Part shown: positions 13,666 to 28,700 of the stretch, piece after piece
Numbering within the stretch: the stretch's first letter is position 1
Layout of the letters: every line of letters starts with the position of its first letter
Assembly: GCA_000934665.2 (NCBI GenBank)
Contig: KZ538025.1
Location: forward strand, 62,001 to 126,000
Source: Catajapyx aquilonaris
Lineage: Eukaryota
Reading direction: 5' to 3'
Length of the DNA: 64,000 bases
Notes under the pieces: generated by a model
The model's input: the letters and a program-made list of their open reading frames with translations, nothing else
What the model was told of the DNA's origin: nothing
The model's database searches: none
Translations under genes and position numbers: made by a program

Positions 13666-13714
13666 CTGTCACAGAGCCGTTGTCCCTCCACTGCTTCCGA
13701 ATTGGACTGTCCAT
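13666..13714 (-). CDS. Probable first coding exon of gene 1 (MDSPIRKQWRDNGSVT-G)
   Basis: ATG at 13714 with an in-frame TGA just upstream. 49 nt end in a strong donor CAG|gtaggg. Phase 1 matches the 11563 acceptor, and total CDS 49+862+493=1404 nt is an exact multiple of 3. No homology support. Confidence 0.55.
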
Positions 13715-16700
13715 GGGTCAAGGGTCACGACCTTATCACTGTCCAATCGCACTGGTCAGCAGCAGCAGCAACAGCAGCAGCGGTGGTCTTCAGTCTATCA
13801 AACTTGATGGCAAGAAGGTAGAAGTGGCAGCAGCAACAGCAGCGACAATGTCCATGCGCACATCCAAAGCCCCCAACTGGGAGTGAGTTGGGCAAGCAGC
13901 ACCTCTGTGGTAGTCTTGGGGTTGGCAGGGAGCACAACCGGGGGCGCCCCTTGCTCCGATTGGTGGGGAGGCCCACACAAAGCGCCGCCCAGAACCACCG
14001 GTACTACTTGATGGACCGCTTGCCTATTGGGAAAGGAGGAGGAAAGAGGAAGGAAAAAGGGACACCGCTTGTGGTTCTGGCTTTTGTTGCCGCCACCGCT
14101 GCTGCTGAGGCTGCTGGTGGTGGTAGCTGGAACCTTCTTGGAGAATCCTCCCACACTTTGGCATCTGCTTCTTCAAGAAGGATGGTCTGCAGCGTGGAGT
14201 CCTCTGGTGGAGTCTTGAAGGAAACTTTTAAGATTAGAAGCAGGTGCTGTTGGAGGACTTCATGGAAGGATGGGGCCGATGATGGATGCAAGTGGCCCTT
14301 TGTCGGCTTTGAGTTATGTAACACTATCTAGTGGCGCTTATCAGCTGTATTTCAGAGGGAAGAGTATTAAAATAAACATGATGTGGTGAAGTCAACTAGA
14401 GCTCAAGTATGTTTGTCACGCAGACAGTTCATCCCCCCTCTGGGTGTTATTGATGACAAAGGCTGCGACACCTACATCATAGACATACAAAGTCCAATTT
14501 TGGCGGGTTTGAGTTGTTTATGACACTAAATAGTTTTTTTGCTATATCGTCCTAAAGATACATTATTATAGACGACACAAACGCTCATCTTGGTGTGTGT
14601 GTGTGTGTTTTTTTTGGCTGGGAGGTGATGTCACGTCTATGCCGACGACGTATAATTCACTATACTGTATATCACATTGATGAAAAAAAAAGGCAACAAT
14701 ACCTTTCAACATGTTAATCTATTACAGTTTTTCTAGGAAAAAACGGCAGTCCGTCACAGATAATGCGAGTTATATTCCCCGAACCCGCCCACTTTCTCAA
14801 CAACCCCATTGCCACATAATTAGTTCTAGACTACTTGGGCCATCCGTGCAGGTGAGATGCGAGAAATGAGTAGCCTGACTTCAAAGGCAGCCGGCGATAA
14901 GCGGTATTTACCTAGCAATATTGTGACGCCTTTAAAAATGCTTATCCTGAACGTCCTGCAACACACACAACGGTACAACCTGGTGGGTTGCCTGGTGGTC
15001 AGGATAGATATACCAGGAAGCAAATCAAGCAAGTTGGGTACACAACACTAAGCCAATTGCGGCGATAGTACTGACAGGTTTAAATGCGGATTAGGAAGAT
15101 AGTGGTGAGTAACGCTGATGCGGTTCCTTTCAAGTTTAATTGCGCCTTGGGTTCAGGTTAGAGCCGGAAGGAGAGCAGTAGCTGAGAACAACAACACAGT
15201 TGTTAACCGAGATAGAACGCTATCTACGATGAGGTCAGTCTTCTGTCAGAATTGGCGATGAGGTAGCCGCCATCTTAACTGGAATAGGAAGTGCTTATGG
15301 ATAAGATATATTGAAGTGATTTAGGCGTCTTTTATCACACCACATTGCAGGGGGGGTGTTGTCACAGTATGAGTGTAATTGCCAGGAATGGTTTGTAAAA
15401 ATAGTTACACAGTTGACACAGCTGCCAGGTGCTTGTTAAATGACTAACAAAATTGCTGTATGCTCAACTCATTGCACCACAAAATCTTATTACTTGAGTC
15501 AATAATACCACTCATCTAAAAGCGGCCAGGTATTTAATTAGCTATGTGTGGTAATGTTTTATTTGACAAAATTAGTGTGCACAGTCAGGAGGCGTAACCA
15601 GGCGTTGATCAATATTTCTGGGAGTTGCTGAGCACCCTGGTATGTACCCAAAACCTGTGTTTTCATTGGCAAATTCTGCGCCACTGCCGCGTGCTCTATC
15701 TGCGCACATACCTGCGTCCATTGCAGTCGCCGCTAAAGAGATTCACCAATTAACATTTTTTGCATGTTTCATCCACCGCTAGGCTATAAGTTATGCATGA
15801 ATTGGTGTTATGGCCCATGCACACCTGTTACGTAAACTGCTGACAAATGAACGAGCCATGGGTGCATTCCAGGCCCAGATGGATGGGATAAGCCCTGTAT
15901 CGGAGCCTACGTGACCCATATTCGAATGCGGCAGGTGTAATAAAAAGTGTTCTTTCGCCCACCGCCATCTGGCGCCAAACTCCCAAAGTTTGATCTCAGG
16001 TGTTAGACAACAGGTGGATTTATGCATGCATTTACTAATAAGTTATTTTATTCTTAGAAAATGCCAAGGATTTTTTATGCATGTTCGTGAAATGACGAAC
16101 GTACTTCATACATTTTCATTAAAAATATATTAAAATTGGCTAACTGTTATGAGTCATGGGCGCACCTACACACATTTTGGCCAGGGTTCGGTTAGCAGCC
16201 TTGAAGTGCGGTAATGACAGTTACGAGGCAGCAGAATTTATTTAAAACGGCGTCTGGAAAGCGAAGTACTTGTTTTTTTGAACAGATGGGCGAAGGTAGG
16301 AGGTGCTCACCTTTCAATCAGAGGAGCGAGTTTGACGACGGATTGAGATATCGCCTCGCCCTTCGGTTGTCTTCGCGGTTCCGTAGGGCTGCGTTCGTAT
16401 TTTTTTTTTTTTGGCGAATGTGGGTCTGACATATGGTAACCAGGGAGGAACATTGGGGGGTCTGAAGGTTTCAGCCAGCGGTCATCCACCACTTTCTATT
16501 CGCATAAAACGTGTGACATGAGATGAAAAGCGGTTATGCTTCGGTTGATAAAAACTACAGCATATACCTGTACATTATACTCGGGTGTATACATGTATCA
16601 ACTCGATTTGAAATAATATTTATGATTATGCATTGTTTTTTTATCTATAATCTCCTTTCCAGCACCTGCTGTTATGCATTTTGGGCTTCATATTATGCCC

Positions 16701-19700
16701 TTTTCACCTGTGTTTTACACTTAATAAATTACATATACGATTACTATATTCTAACGTGACGGAACAGTGCGAAAAGCTGAATATGATTGGGACATTTTAT
16801 ATGATTTTGTTTCAGAGGAAAACGCGATTTATATGGAAAACGAGTTTTTTTTCTCTTAATGTTCAGAACACATGCGATACGAATTTCATCGGAATAATTC
16901 GTGGTGTTCCCTTCGTGCAATAAATTTAGAAAAAAATTCGACACATTGGAATTGTGTTACTTGATTTTTCCCATTAAATTTGTCCCTAACCCGGGTGGGA
17001 ACAAAATCTCTCAAAATAATGCACGAATTTCCTCTGGTATGATTTGTTACATACTTTCCAGAACTTCCAAGAAAACATTGTAAAAGTTTTAGGTTGAAAT
17101 TTTACATCACGCTATGCGTCTGACCCTTTTTCTAGGTATGGTCCTTCTCCCCAAAAATGTGGAATATTTTCCCACCAATTTATAGGTCTATTTGGTTGGA
17201 ATGTGCGAAAGGTACGCGCATCTGGTATTCGTACATGACGAAACATTGGGGACATTCACGTCCACAATTCTTTTGCTCATGGCGGAACATTAGCAACCGT
17301 ATAAGTATCAAGCAATAATTTCTGCATCCTTGTCCAGGTCGCCTTTGTCACGTACCCTATAGAAACTGCCATCAGCGACATTGTTTACGTGCCAGGCCGT
17401 AATGAAGACGTCTTGAAACGACGTTTGGGATGGTAAATCAGATGGGTACGTGTCTGGAGTGTGTAAGTCTTCCTGCTAGTTTTTGTCGTTTGGGGACAAT
17501 CGAGGGTTGTTGACTGCCATGTACTATTTTGTATGTAAAGAAAAGACCATGCGTGAAATCAGTTGCATTTTGAATACTTCTTTTTTTTTCTCCTGGCTGA
17601 TACCGCCTTATTTGGCTCACGTCACTCTGGTCACTTTCTCACTTATGTCATAGTTCTGAAGTGTGGGAAACTGACCAGCTTTTGAGGGAGGCGGGCGAGA
17701 AACTGAAGGAGTCTCACAGCTTCTTGTTAGAGGTCAGGTCGACGCCGACTTTCTCTTCTTACCTGGTGGGAATGATCCTGATCATTTAGAATGTGACAAT
17801 GTGGTCTAGCCTTGATTCCAGCCTTTTGTTCTCACGCTTAATAATTAAGATCGTCGTTGGTGGTCACACTATATAGTTTTTTACCATCGTTCACTTTGCT
17901 AACTACCGCCTACTGTTCTGCCTAATTGATACGTTGCATAAGCGAATATCCGGTAAGCTGTTGATTGGCTGTTATTTAAAAGGACGGAAATTGAAATGGT
18001 TTGCACTTTTTACGGATTTAAAATTGCATTACAGTTTTTACAAATATCTCTAATTAGCTTGTCATTTTTGCAAGCATAATGCCACGTGTAGGTGAATATT
18101 GCAGAGGTGGCAATCCCCAATGCCCAACAGGCACGAGTTTTACAAGTGGGCAGGTTGACAGGTCCTTGTAAACTACCTTCAACTAAATTGACATGGGGCG
18201 ACCTCACGCGAAGGAAAATATGCCAAGTGGTCACTACAAGGTGACTCATAAAATCCGATAAAACCGCACCATTGTAACAACTCACAGTGCGACATTTCTG
18301 GTGACGGCTTTGCTGGTATATAGCTTCTCTGTGTCTCTTCCCAGCCCTTCCCTGGCTGACTGCATAAAGCTAACCCCGGGGCTAAAACCTAACTGAAAAA
18401 CAGCAATCCCGGAGATCCTCTGAAATCATGCTAATGCAATGAAGCGTCAAAGAGGTGTCCGACAAAGGGCAAAAGGGTCGTAGCCTTGGGTGCCCCCGTC
18501 TTTCTGCTGATGGCTTACGGGTTGGGAAGGCAGCCATTTAGCATGGAAATGAACCAGTAATGGAGTCGGAGATGGGATTTTTATTTCCCCCCCCCCTCCC
18601 CCCTCCCACCCCCAGCTTTCCACTGGCACGGGGAACCGGAGGGCTTTTTATACGTGTGTGTTATACCCGCGTTTGTATGTGCAGCTTCAGGGAAGTAGGC
18701 GATTGTCATTGGATGGGGGAGGTTGGGCTGCATGGAAAAGCGGGGTACAAAGCCACTCATCAAGGTGGGTAATTGGTTCCCTTTGATGCGCTCCCTGATG
18801 TCGGGGTTTGTGGCTCCGGCCAAGGGGTAACGAGATTTCCGCCCCGTCCGGAAATGCATGTTAGGGATGGAGCCCCATGGGGGTTGAACGGTGTTAAAAG
18901 CCCTGCCTGCCTGCCTGGTTAGTAAAACGGTTCTTCCAAAAAGGCCTATAAACTGCTAGCTGCTGATGCACCGCCAAAAACCGAGAGGACTTTTGCCTCA
19001 ATTATGAAGCGAGCGGTCTGCAGAATTACATGGGCTACCCTCCAGCACAATTATTTCCAGTTTTATCAAGGAACGAGTTTTGGAAGTAATTTACGTGTGG
19101 CGATGCTCACGTGGGATTAATCACTCGGATGACCATCCATCAAAATCATTTCTGAGCTCACATCTTCCATTTGCATACATGATGAAAGAGACAGAATGGG
19201 TGAATATTCATGCGACTATTGAAGTCACTCCGATTTTGCAATTATGGTGGCATACATGGGACATTTGGTAGGTGTAATTAAACGTGGGGGATACCATCCA
19301 GGAAACGTGTAGTTCGACCAACTTTTCCTGTCCGACCAAATACTCGCTTTCGTCGAGCTGCCCTCTCCCACGTTACATATACATGTATTAACCTCTTTTT
19401 CTCCCCGAGTTCACCAGCTTGCTTAGGCGGGGCACCCATTATCCTCAAATCCGTACAACCCGGCCTGCCGCCATACACAACCGGTCTTGTTGATTTTTCT
19501 CTTCACATACCAGCAGCAATAGGGAATGTCGTACCATATGGCTTGACATAGGACCATATTGGCGAAAGTGTGAGAGTTCCTGACTCTCCTTCTCGATCAA
19601 ACTATGACCTCTACCCCCTAGATGAAAGGTGCCAACCGGCATTTTGACCCTTTATGCAACCTGTGAACATGTTAATTTACCAATAATTTCCGCTATTGAT

Positions 19701-22700
19701 CAGCGAACCATGACACGTTTGGTTCTTGCACAAAAAATAACGCTCCCTGTTTTCCTGTGGTACTAAAAATTTTGGCAACCCCTATTTTTTACAAAAAAAA
19801 AAACACCCAACCTAACGGAAAGGTGCGTACTCTGATGCACTGAGATCAATCTGAGCGTGATGTTTGGGAAGAATCACGTGATGTTCGTGTATGTTTGCAT
19901 TGGGGCCCCGAAGGACTTGGAGCGCAGCATAACCCTCGTCTTTGTCTAAGACTGAGATCTAATTGGCTTTTCTTCTTCCCCCACGGAGGTTGCCAAACCA
20001 GAAACGAAGCCCACGCCGCCATCTGCTCCCTTAATAACAGTCATCGCTATTCTCGCGGCCCAGATGCAGAAAACGGAGGCGGACTCTGTCCTTTTTCATT
20101 ATTCGATCCCAATTCGGTTTTTCCGGATAGATCGAGGAAAAATGGTTGGATTGGACCTAGCTTCAGGGGAGCAACCAGGCAGGTGAAAAGTTCGTCACGG
20201 AGTTAAGTCCTCAGGGGAAAGAAATCTGGCTTAATACGAGTTATCTGCAGCATGAGGACCCTAATAATCGAGGCACGTACGCGAATATTGAGGGCTAATC
20301 ATGGTTCGGACCTTTCAATTATGAAAATGCTAGAACACGTGTGATTGAGCAACTTTAAGCTGCCTGTATTCTTCAGTTTGAATTAATGTGTGTGTAATGG
20401 CTACAGAATTTATACCAACTAACTCAAAATGCAGATGGTCCAAATAAGAAGCGACATAAATCTTCCATTCCTTCACCCCCAAGACCGGTGTTATCTCCTT
20501 TATTTTCCGCTTCACTTTTCCTTATCCCAGGACCCTCCTGTTCCAACAACTCTTAGAGAAACGAAGTCCCCTTGACAATTGGAAAACGGTCCGTGACTAG
20601 AAATTCATTAGGAATAACTAGCCAACAGGAAGGTGAAAAAAGAGGAAAAGGGCATTGCAAGTCTTGTGTTGAAAACTGCAAGCAAAAAGGGGGGCTGGGT
20701 ATAAGCCGATGACCGTCGTGTGGTCCAGCAACATCCAGTGGTCACGATCTGGTTCCAAACGGGGCGTTGGCCATTCTGTATATGTAGGTAGGAAGGAAAC
20801 AGGACCGCTTATCTATTTATGGCGACCTGTACTTGGCTAGATTTAAACCGTACTATTGCGTGGGTACAATTGGGTTCAATTGTTAAATGCAACAGTGGAT
20901 GATCCGCCAATGCCCTTCAAAAACTGCACCTGTTCCATTTTTTCTAGATCAGGAGCAAGTTTTGCATGATATATGAAAGACGTCTTGTAAAACCGGCGGG
21001 GATGTGGTCACTCCGGATCTGACCACTGGCATCTTCACTTCTTCAGACCTAATAGCCCCTGTGGGTGTGCTTAGACTTCAGACCAATTAGTCCACAGAGT
21101 ATTGTACCAAGCTCGACGTACCGCAACTGGCAGATTCTAATCTGAAATCACATCCGTTTGGTCTTCCCAGCTGATAATAGCTTGAATGACAAGCCAGCCT
21201 ACCGAACAGCAGCCGGTGAATGGCATCCAAAAGCCTTGTTTACACCCAGCTCCAAGAGGGCGTCGAAGCGCATCTCCTGTGCTGTACGGCTGCCACCGAA
21301 CCACTTTTCTGTCCATCTTCACTCAACCGAAGTCCCTCACTGAATCATTCACACATCGTCGGACCGTTCTTTCCCGTTCCGTTCCGTTTCGCATGTGTAG
21401 ACCTAGGGTAGCACCGTTCATTAGGGCTAAACACGGCACTTTTCGGGCTTCTGTAAATTAATATCAGCAGCTGCCTAGCTGGTAGCTATAGCTATTATGA
21501 AGGGGGACCATGGTTGTAAATTTTGATCCGTCAGTGGCCATCTGTCGGCGGGCGTGTATTAGGAAGTGGTATCGGTAAGCCAGGTAGGCAGCAGGTAAGC
21601 TTGGTGTAAAATTGCTTCCGGATATGCCATGATACTTTATGGAGGTGACGACTTCCATCACCATTTTTTCGTGGTTGCGTGACAGGAGTTGGGGCTTTCT
21701 AATTGTGCCGTTTTGTCTATGATCTATAGTTTGGTGTGAAAAATCGTTGATGATATAATACCAGGATGGAAGGGGAGGGCAGCAAATTATTTCCTCGAGT
21801 AAACTACCAGCTGACGATTGTATCGCATAATTAATTTATAAAAGTGACAAACCATATAATTTCGTGTCTGAAATTGGATCACGGATGATCTCCAAAATAA
21901 TATTTATAAAAATGATAAAATATGCGAGGTATGTCTGCAAACAAGTCTTAACCGTATGCATCATCCAGCACCTGTGCCTTATCGCCCGGCTACCATGACA
22001 ATGACAAACGAATGGCGTCAGTGGGAAACACCTCCAACAATTTAATCAAGGATATAATTGCCAGGAAGATGCCCAGGTGACACGATAATGGCCTTAGGGT
22101 GGCGTGGCTCCTAATCAAAAGGCGTGAGTGCAAAATTCAGCCGATGAAATGAGCTAGGTTGCCAGCTAAGGGTGGTGTCGTCATTTGCATATCTATTGGA
22201 GCTTTGCTGCTGAGGCGACATATAGCGGCTCTGCAATTTGTGGCTGTGAAAATGGCGTTGGGCACGTGAATGACATGCACACTTAATCGCAAATTGCTCT
22301 CTTAGCCTTCAATGCCGGGTCAAAATAATAACAATAATTGTAACTGTACTTGAGTAGATAGGAGCCGGTGGGTATAAAAGGTCACTCACGCAAATTCCAC
22401 GGTTTCTGCAGGCATAAGCCCTGGAACACGAAGTCACTGGCGGTGTACAACTAATTAATCACATAGGAGCACACAGGCACAACAAAAAAGAGCTTCGCAT
22501 CCTCCGAGGAACAAGGCTCGCGTGATGTCTGACGAATAAAGACCGGTACCATCTTGATGGAATATTTAGAAGGTGCATTTTGATGTAACGTAGGGTGGTT
22601 ATTCGTGCTTATATGCAGGGTGAGTCAGAAGATCTATGTAATTATTGCAGCAGGGAGTTCACATGGTAAATGAAAACTTAAAAGTATGGGCTGTACCTAA

Positions 22701-25700
22701 GCATTGCGGTGGGTAGGAATATCATAGGTTTGGACCTGTCGAGACCTGTCATCTCCCACCTCATGCGTGTTATGACAGGGCTTCTATCTGAGTAAGTAGA
22801 ACATCAAAATGGTGGACCCTATCAGGGATAAAGAAGGTCACCTTCTAATATTAGTCCGAAGGGACAAAGAGAACTCATGTGCAGCATATATCATTTTGGC
22901 TGTCGTGATGAGCATCATGATGGAATGTCTCTTGAGGACAAAAAGAGTGTATGTAGCAAGCAGTTCGTTCACACGAAGTCTGATGGGTTTCTCCTGTCCT
23001 TGAGTTTCTAGGGCCACTGTTTCAGGAGTAAAAATGTCATAGAGGAGAGAGGGAGAGTGACTGGCGACAATAGGCCGAATACAGCTCTAGTGCACTTGGT
23101 CAAACCTTTCCATTTCGGATTGGGGTGGAATGACCCAGGTTTTCCCTTTCGAAGGTCGATGGGGTGCTGATGGAGGATCACTTTCGGAAATTTGTTACGC
23201 TTTTGCTACATTAGGCTACCAGTCCTGAATATTGGCCCCTGGAGGGCAATTCGGTCAAATAGGTGACCCCCTTGGTTTCCCAGGCTTTTTTGGAGAAAGG
23301 AGGTGAACCATTCGACGGGTGATGGTCACATTTCCAGGAATTCCCTTGATAGCACCGCTTCAAGACATACTTTTGTAGAGTTGGTACAATCCTCGTTCGA
23401 ACATTTTTGGCCAATGCATTTCTAGATCTATGGAGGAACTGAAGAGTTGAGATGATGGGTTAGGTGGCGTGCCTGGTCTGCGGCCTTCGCCAAGGGGCTT
23501 TGATGTGAGCCTGATTATTTTCCCTTTTAGAGGATGAGTTCCTTGACACTCTCTTCCTCCCCCCTTCTCCCTCGCGCCCCACGAAAACATTGGCGAGTTC
23601 GAAGACCCCGTCAGACAATAAAAAGTGAAAACCAAGGTTACCTGGACTCTGAGTGTCGTAAAGTGAAACTAGAGAAGGTGAGGTAGCCTAGGCCCCCACT
23701 TAGGCCCGGTCGTACATTTAAGCCTCCCTTGTTCCATCCACTATGTATCTGCACCATCTGTGAGATTACTCAGCACGCATATGCGCATGATGGACAATCA
23801 CCTCCTTGGACCATGTAACTAAACGTTATCTTGCTCGTAAGTTTTAGCTGCATAATAATTTCATGATAAGCATGCAACACTATGCTGCAAGTTTTTTTTA
23901 AATGAAATTTTCGTTGAACCTTTGACTGATGAAGCAGTGTAACAGTCGGTGCTTTAAAATGTAATAAACTACTGAATTTGGCAATATATGCGACTGGTAC
24001 AATTAGTGTGGTTTAGTTGACATATAATAAATTGTTCTCACGACAGGACTTGCCTTTCTCAAGTGGCCTCTACCTGCTGCTGATCGTTGTAAATTTGCAT
24101 CCGGGCATCATGTGCGAAGGCCAAAGGTGGGCAGGCTAAGTACAGCAATATATAGGCAGGGTGTAGGTGTACCCTACCTGTTTTTATTTTTATTTTGAGA
24201 CTATTCCAGTTTTGATGAGGACCATTGAATCAGATCCGCCTTGTTATTCAGTCCACTAAAGTGTTGTAAAGGACACGTCTTTTTCTTGAGGTATTCGGTG
24301 TCTGATGCCTGCTGCTAAACTCGAAACAGGCCAAATATGCTTGCAGTACATGTTGAAATATTGTATACTAGTAGTTCTCTTGATTTTACCTTGGGGTTTT
24401 ATTACTGCCTACAATTGATTGATTGTCACACCAAAAAGGGCTTAGTTTTGGCTATTAAATATTATTATGCTCATAGGTTATATAAATCCAACAGTTATAG
24501 TTACATGCACACTACACATGCCTGAATGATCCACCTCAGCAGCAAGTGCCGGGTACTTTTTAGGCCGATTTAGTGAGCAAGTGTACTTTCAATATTCATA
24601 ATCACTGCAGAAAACACTGTCATTATCGTCACCTCATTTATAAATATAACCATTAGTCTAATACTTTTACTCTTTATTTTTGTCTTATTCCGCATAATTG
24701 TAAACGCTCTGGGCAAAAGGTGTTATCAACACTGCAGAATTCCAATTTACCGTAAAAAATGAAGAGAAAATAGTAGTATATTTGAAGTAGTTATTAGATT
24801 AAGAAAAAGCGGCAGTTTAGGGTGGACTGAGGAGAAAAAAGGTGATAAGTTGTGTGAAGGTCAGGAATGGAGAACCTGCTCGAGCAATCTTTGGCCATGG
24901 AAACTCACAAAATTTTGGAACTATTTATACTAACTCTCAGAATTGGCAGTATGCGAGTTGCACTACTTCAATAGTTTTTTGTAACAAATTTTATTAGATC
25001 ACTCTGTAAGTTCCAAACTTAGTCAATTCGACTCATCTTCCGCTGACAATGTTTTGTTTAACTCCAGCACCAGTCCCCACAAAAAATTAGTACTTCAAAA
25101 GGTGTCCCACTTTCGATAACCGCCATCCATGGATGTCCGACTCTGAGTAAGAATACCGTTGCAAAGCCGTCGCGTCGTCGCTTTCTTCCGGACAAAAATG
25201 TCTCCTCCTAGAGCTGGAGCGGGCGTGGAATTAAAACGAATATCTCTGCTCTTGACCCCTGTACGTTCTCAGCATGTAAATGGGCTGATTTTCTTGGCTT
25301 CAGGGGTGGAAGGAAGCCAAGATGGAATAGGAGGAGTCCCCCACCTTCACCAAAGATAGGACAGGTGGGGTCTATCCGGACCCACATCTACACCACTTTG
25401 ATTTATATTTTTCCAACCAACCGAACCCCTTATCGCCGAAGGTTATACCGCAATAAATTTGCTGATCAATATCCTATGAATTCTACAAGTACGAATTCTA
25501 CATACTTGCTCATGTGTACACTACACATGACAAATTTCTGTATAAAAAGTCTGACGTCGTGATTAATTGTAGACTAAAAAAGAATCTCATGTCAAATAAG
25601 ATGGACTGCCCTCCCCCCCCCCCTCCCTGTTTTCTCCTCCCCCACTTTGTTAGGTAGGCCCCCAGGTGAGTAGGCTCGCGCAGGCCCTCACCTGAGAGCA

Positions 25701-28700
25701 TCCCCCTCTTCTCGATGGATTCAACCCCCTTCATTTTGAGTGCCCCCAAAGTACGCCCAGGAATGCCGCGCGTCCTCCGGGGGACTTTGGGACATCCATG
25801 TTGCCCGATCATCCCTCTTGGATTGCAAAGTCAGCCTGACTTGCGTGCACCGGTACCTACAAATTACGGGCCTACAATGTGCTGGGTTTCAAAAGGAAGA
25901 AATTCCAGGTTCGCTTTTGTGGAGTGGGTCGTGACATGCTCATAAATGTGTGTTATTATTTGGTGGGTTGGAGGGATATGGCAACAATGGAAAGTTGGGG
26001 GAATACCTGAAGGGTGCAGATGAATAGGGCGGAGTCCCAACAGAGTTTACAGGGAGGCTGGGATTTTATGTACAAAGTAGCGTTTCTGACAGATTTGGTG
26101 CATGTTTACATAATATTGATATTCATTTAGGGCTTGTAAGCTATCTTACATTGATTAAGAAAAAAACGGACCAATAATTCTGGTCCGAACAAGTTTTAAG
26201 TAAAAAAAATTATTGAAGGTATATCAGCCCCAATTATCGAGCAACTTACGGCAACGCCGCTTTTGAAGTCTGGTCCTGGCTGATCTGAGGCAGGAACAGG
26301 CGTCGCTTTGTGATACCTGAACCTACAAGATTCCACTCACAAGATCCTGTTTGCTCGAACAAAAAAAAAAAAAATCGCTTAAGGATTATACTTTGAAGGA
26401 GTACTTTCCCCTCCCATCAACGCTGTTTTGGGAGGTATGTTGGCTCAGCACAGAAGGACGGATATAGAGCAACAACCGTACTCTAAAAATGGAGTGTGTG
26501 ATTGGCAGGTAATAAGCGAGCTAATAATCAGACTATTATACATAGGCGTGGACTTCACTGAAGGACCACTGACCAGCTGACCCACAAGCCCACCCACAAC
26601 CGTACACAAGAGGGAACCCACTTCTTCAGGTGCTTTTGTCCCCTTTCGTCTGAAGAAGCCTCCTCCTGTGTCGTCCCTTTGTCCCCGGTCCTTCAGGAGG
26701 GGTGTTCCCAAGTTCTTCGGTAGCCCTTGGGATTTCTGGGTGGTCTGACTATATAGGTAGATTGCATGCGAGTAGTCATAACGGGCACCACGATGTGTGA
26801 ACAATTTGTCAGCTCACATGGAAACCGCGTGAGGGAAAATGTGTATCACGTGCTTCACAAGAGGGCACTCGCGATGCACAGGCAGTAGGAAGGCGTCATC
26901 TGAGAAAATAGGCCCGTAATGTTTCTGGTACAGTTTTATGACCCTTCTCTAGCTGCTAATAAGTCATACACGCCACTTGGAGGAGCCAAAGATCCCCTTT
27001 CAGTTGCTGCTAGAATATACACACACGCGAGAGAAAATGGTGGCAGGAGGTAGATTTTCTACCGATCCTTGGCCATTCCCAAACCTAGGGCCGGCACGAA
27101 CCTGCGTCATGGCACGTCAATCTCATGGCGAATAAACAATGGTTCACTTTGCCCATGCACTAACTGGCCCCGATGTGTCGGTCGATCCGATCGTTAATCA
27201 GGATCCTGACACCAAGAGTCTCAAAAGGAAGCAAACAGAAGTTGCAGATTCTGAAAGGGTATTGAGAGTCGTAAAAATTGAGGAGAGGTCAGTAACTCGG
27301 TGACAAAAATGCGACCAGATTTGTGATGCGAAAGTGCGTCCTCCAGTAACAATTGGACGAGTTTTTTTAAGGGAGTGAAACGACGACTTTTTTTGCTTGT
27401 TATAATCCTGTCAAACCTGTGGTCTTAAATTGGCTCGGGGCTTTCCAGTTTAGGACACCGTATTTGGATTTTACGACATATCGCCAAAGCATAAATATTA
27501 ATTCCGCATGTAATTTATCAAACATTGTCAGGACAATGCGGTATTTAAAAAAAACAACATATAGAACAGTAATAGGCCTACAAAATATGTTTTGAGTTCA
27601 AGGTAGGAACTTATGCGTGTCCAATTTGGGTAGGTGTCCCATTCTCATAAGGCTATCACATCAGGAGTGAAGAGCCCTGTCCTGGAAGGGAAGGTAAAGC
27701 CACCGTGTCTTCAGGTTCAAAGGTGGAAATTGTCCGGAACCAATGAAAAAGCAAGTTGAACCTCTCGAAGCGTCAGAGGGGACCTTTCTCTAGTGGTCGT
27801 TTTGTATAGGATGGGTTGTTGGACCGAATGGTGGATAGAATAGAATTACCGAAGTAATTCGTGGCAAGGACACTTGAAAGATCAGTACATGTTGGCAGAG
27901 AGTATACTTCGGTCATTCCCTGGGTCCAACCCAGCGTACCTACAAAGAAGCATGTCGGGAAATTTATCACGTGCAATTTGTACAGAATTTTTTTTACGTC
28001 TCGTGTCGCACATGGCGTGAAAACTGAAAGGTTATTCCCCTTCCCTTGTAAGTGTACATACGTGTAAAAATAGCTTCTGTTAATGTATGAGAGTGCATGT
28101 GCCTTTTCACCATTTATTTACTCGGTTGCTTTTCACCAAGCAGTCACGATGTTCCAAGAAAGCTTCTGCTATGAGAACAATGCGTCTGAATAATACATTA
28201 ACATTAATGCAAGTTTCTGAGTCATATACAAAGCATTTTGCAGGTGGGACATCCTGGGTTGATGTCGCCATGAGTTACTGCATTTTCCCATGCTGTCCTA
28301 TTGACATCCCGACTTGACTCCCCGTGTTTCACATTGTTGGCATAGGTGCATCTGTCAGGTATTCTGTACACGACCTCTCCCATGCCTAAAAGGTAAAAAG
28401 CATCCCCCCATCTTCCAAAGACTCTTCCTAACCTGTCCCACAAAAGGGGCGTCGCTTTGATGAAGTGCTGCAAACATGAGGTTTTGCACCGGAACAAGAC
28501 TAGGCGTCGGTGTGGTTTGGGACATGGCTTGGTCCGGACAAACCTCCTCGGGAAAGGTAAGCCGAACTAATAATCGGACAAAAGGTGGTCGGGGCAAATG
28601 GCTACTGTTGGCGCACGGGCTATTGGGCCCATTTGCAGATGCATCAAGAGCCCCTCGGGGCCATGAAAGAAGGCGCCTACTCCAATGGGTCAAGGTACAT

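Noticed and set aside
13725..14331. Ala/Cys/Ser-rich ORFs upstream of gene 1 (and 45560-46062 upstream of bowl)
   Set aside because: Produced by CAG/CTG-rich promoter or UTR sequence open in several frames; no consistent splice or homology support.
28087..28317. ORF containing FTK as a possible drm/odd exon
   Set aside because: No CxxC/HxxxH finger spacing around it.
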